A stretch of 499 nt of DNA from a phage. A model generated the notes under the pieces. The model searched no databases. It was not told where the DNA came from and worked only from the letters and a program-made list of their open reading frames with translations. Both the position numbers and the translations under genes were made by a program. The stretch is from the sequence record EF517067.1; one strand, given 5' to 3'. This document shows positions 1-499 of the stretch, piece after piece; within the stretch, counting starts at the first letter, position 1; each line of letters starts with the position of its first letter.

Positions 1-239
1 TTCAGGCAATCTTAGAGAAAGATATGCTGCATCTATGTAAGCAGGTCGACTCAGGTGCGATTGTCCCCAATGATAAACAGAAGGAAATGATTGTCCAGTT
101 CTTGACACACGGTATGGAAGGATTGATGACATTCGTAGTACGTACATCATTTCGTGAGGCCATTAAGGACATGCACGAAGAGTATGCAGATAAGAACTCT
201 TTCAAACAATCTCCTGCAACAGTACGGGAGGTGTTCTGA
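1..239 (+). CDS. 5.5: Gene 5.5 protein (H-NS-binding host-takeover protein), 5'-truncated by the window edge. Reading frame has codons starting at position 3; open from the window edge to TGA at 237-239. The true start codon lies upstream of the window; the ATG at 24 that begins the ORF-track entry is an internal Met.
   Basis: Frame +3 is open from position 3 to the stop at 237-239 (…QAILEKDMLHLCKQVDSGAIVPNDKQKEMIVQFLTHGMEGLMTFVVRTSFREAIKDMHEEYADKNSFKQSPATVREVF*). Its position immediately upstream of, and overlapping by 1 nt, a protein I recognise as T7 gp5.7 matches the T7 gene order 5.5-5.7-5.9. The identity of this C-terminal sequence as gp5.5 is from gene order and memory, not from a search. 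Confidence 0.8.
   Translation, partial: QAILEKDMLHLCKQVDSGAIVPNDKQKEMIVQFLTHGMEGLMTFVVRTSFREAIKDMHEEYADKNSFKQSPATVREVF
226..232 (+). promoter_or_regulatory. Shine-Dalgarno / ribosome-binding site for gene 5.7 (GGGAGGT), embedded in the 3' end of the gene 5.5 coding sequence.
   Basis: GGGAGGT at 226-232 is complementary to the 16S rRNA 3' end and sits 6 nt before ATG 239. Confidence 0.65.
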
Positions 240-448
240 TGTCTGACTATCTGAAAGTGCTGCAAGCAATTAAAAGTTGCCCTAAGACTTTCCAGTCCAA
301 CTATGTACGGAACAATGCGAGCCTCGTAACGGAGGCCGTTTCCCGTGGTCACATCTCGTGCCTGACTACTAGTGGACGTAACGGTGGCGCTTGGGAAATC
401 ACTGCTTCCGGTACTCGCTTTCTGAAACGAATGGGAGGATGTGTCTAA
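239..448 (+). CDS. 5.7: Gene 5.7 protein, 69 aa; small DNA-binding inhibitor of host RNA polymerase (sigma-S holoenzyme) in T7. Complete CDS, ATG 239-241 to TAA 446-448.
   Basis: Complete ORF MSDYLKVLQAIKSCPKTFQSNYVRNNASLVTEAVSRGHISCLTTSGRNGGAWEITASGTRFLKRMGGCV, which I recognise as T7 gp5.7 (69 aa, matching the known length). Strong SD GGGAGGT at 226-232, 6 nt upstream of the ATG. The start overlaps the upstream stop (TGATG) and the stop overlaps the downstream start (TAATG). Confidence 0.9.
   Translation: MSDYLKVLQAIKSCPKTFQSNYVRNNASLVTEAVSRGHISCLTTSGRNGGAWEITASGTRFLKRMGGCV
433..439 (+). promoter_or_regulatory. Shine-Dalgarno / ribosome-binding site for gene 5.9 (GGGAGGA), embedded in the 3' end of the gene 5.7 coding sequence.
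   Basis: GGGAGGA at 433-439 sits 8 nt before ATG 448. Confidence 0.65.
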
Positions 449-499
449 TGTCTCGTGACCTTGTGACTATTCCACGCGATGTGTGGAACGATATACAGG
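448..499 (+). CDS. 5.9: Gene 5.9 protein (RecBCD nuclease inhibitor, acidic DNA-mimic), N-terminal 17 codons only; 3'-truncated by the window edge.
   Basis: ATG at 448-450 followed by an open frame to the window end: MSRDLVTIPRDVWNDIQ…, matching the N-terminus of T7 gp5.9 as I recall it (MSRDLVTIPRDVWNDIQGY…). SD GGGAGGA at 433-439, 8 nt upstream. The start overlaps the gene 5.7 stop (TAATG). Confidence 0.85.
   Translation, partial: MSRDLVTIPRDVWNDIQ

Noticed and set aside
24-26. ATG at 24 as the start of the first plus-strand ORF (as given in the ORF track)
   Set aside because: The same frame is open back to the window edge with no stop, and gene 5.5 in T7 is about 99 aa, so the real start lies upstream of the window. 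This ATG is an internal methionine.
138-145. 8-bp palindrome GTACGTAC (also SalI GTCGAC at 46-51 and SpeI ACTAGT at 367-372)
   Set aside because: Short palindromes of this size occur by chance in 500 bp. They lie inside coding sequence and have no flanking features to suggest an operator or recombination site.
2-352. 116-aa ORF on the minus strand (MTTGNGLRYEARIVPYIVGLESL…)
   Set aside because: It is entirely antisense to two recognisable, tightly packed plus-strand genes. T7-like phages transcribe only one strand. No convincing RBS was seen and the translation is not recognisable. Most likely a chance open frame.
1-499. T7-type phage promoter (TAATACGACTCACTATAGGGAGA-like), RNase III processing site or Rho-independent terminator
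   Set aside because: No 23-bp T7 promoter consensus or close variant is present. The GGGAGG motifs are ribosome-binding sites, not promoter +1 regions. There is no GC-rich stem followed by a T-run.
1-499. A novel or previously undescribed biological system, as suggested by the task prompt
   Set aside because: All three ORFs are recognisable as well-studied T7 class II proteins and the window is fully accounted for by them. Calling this novel would not be supported by the sequence.

Overview
This window is a contiguous stretch of three small, same-strand (+) protein-coding genes that I recognise from their translations as the class II gene 5.5 / 5.7 / 5.9 block of coliphage T7 or a very close T7-like podovirus (the stretch between the DNA polymerase gene 5 and exonuclease gene 6). 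It holds the 3' end of gene 5.5 (H-NS-binding protein), all of gene 5.7 (69 aa, host RNA polymerase/sigma-S inhibitor) and the first 17 codons of gene 5.9 (RecBCD inhibitor). Both gene junctions are 1-nt stop/start overlaps (TGATG, TAATG), each preceded by a GGGAGG Shine-Dalgarno, so the three genes look translationally coupled. I see no RNA genes, CRISPR, mobile elements, phage promoter or terminator. Despite the prompt, I do not find a previously undescribed system here: this is a well-characterised host-takeover/anti-defence cassette. All identifications rest on recall of the protein sequences, not on a database search, and should be confirmed by BLAST.
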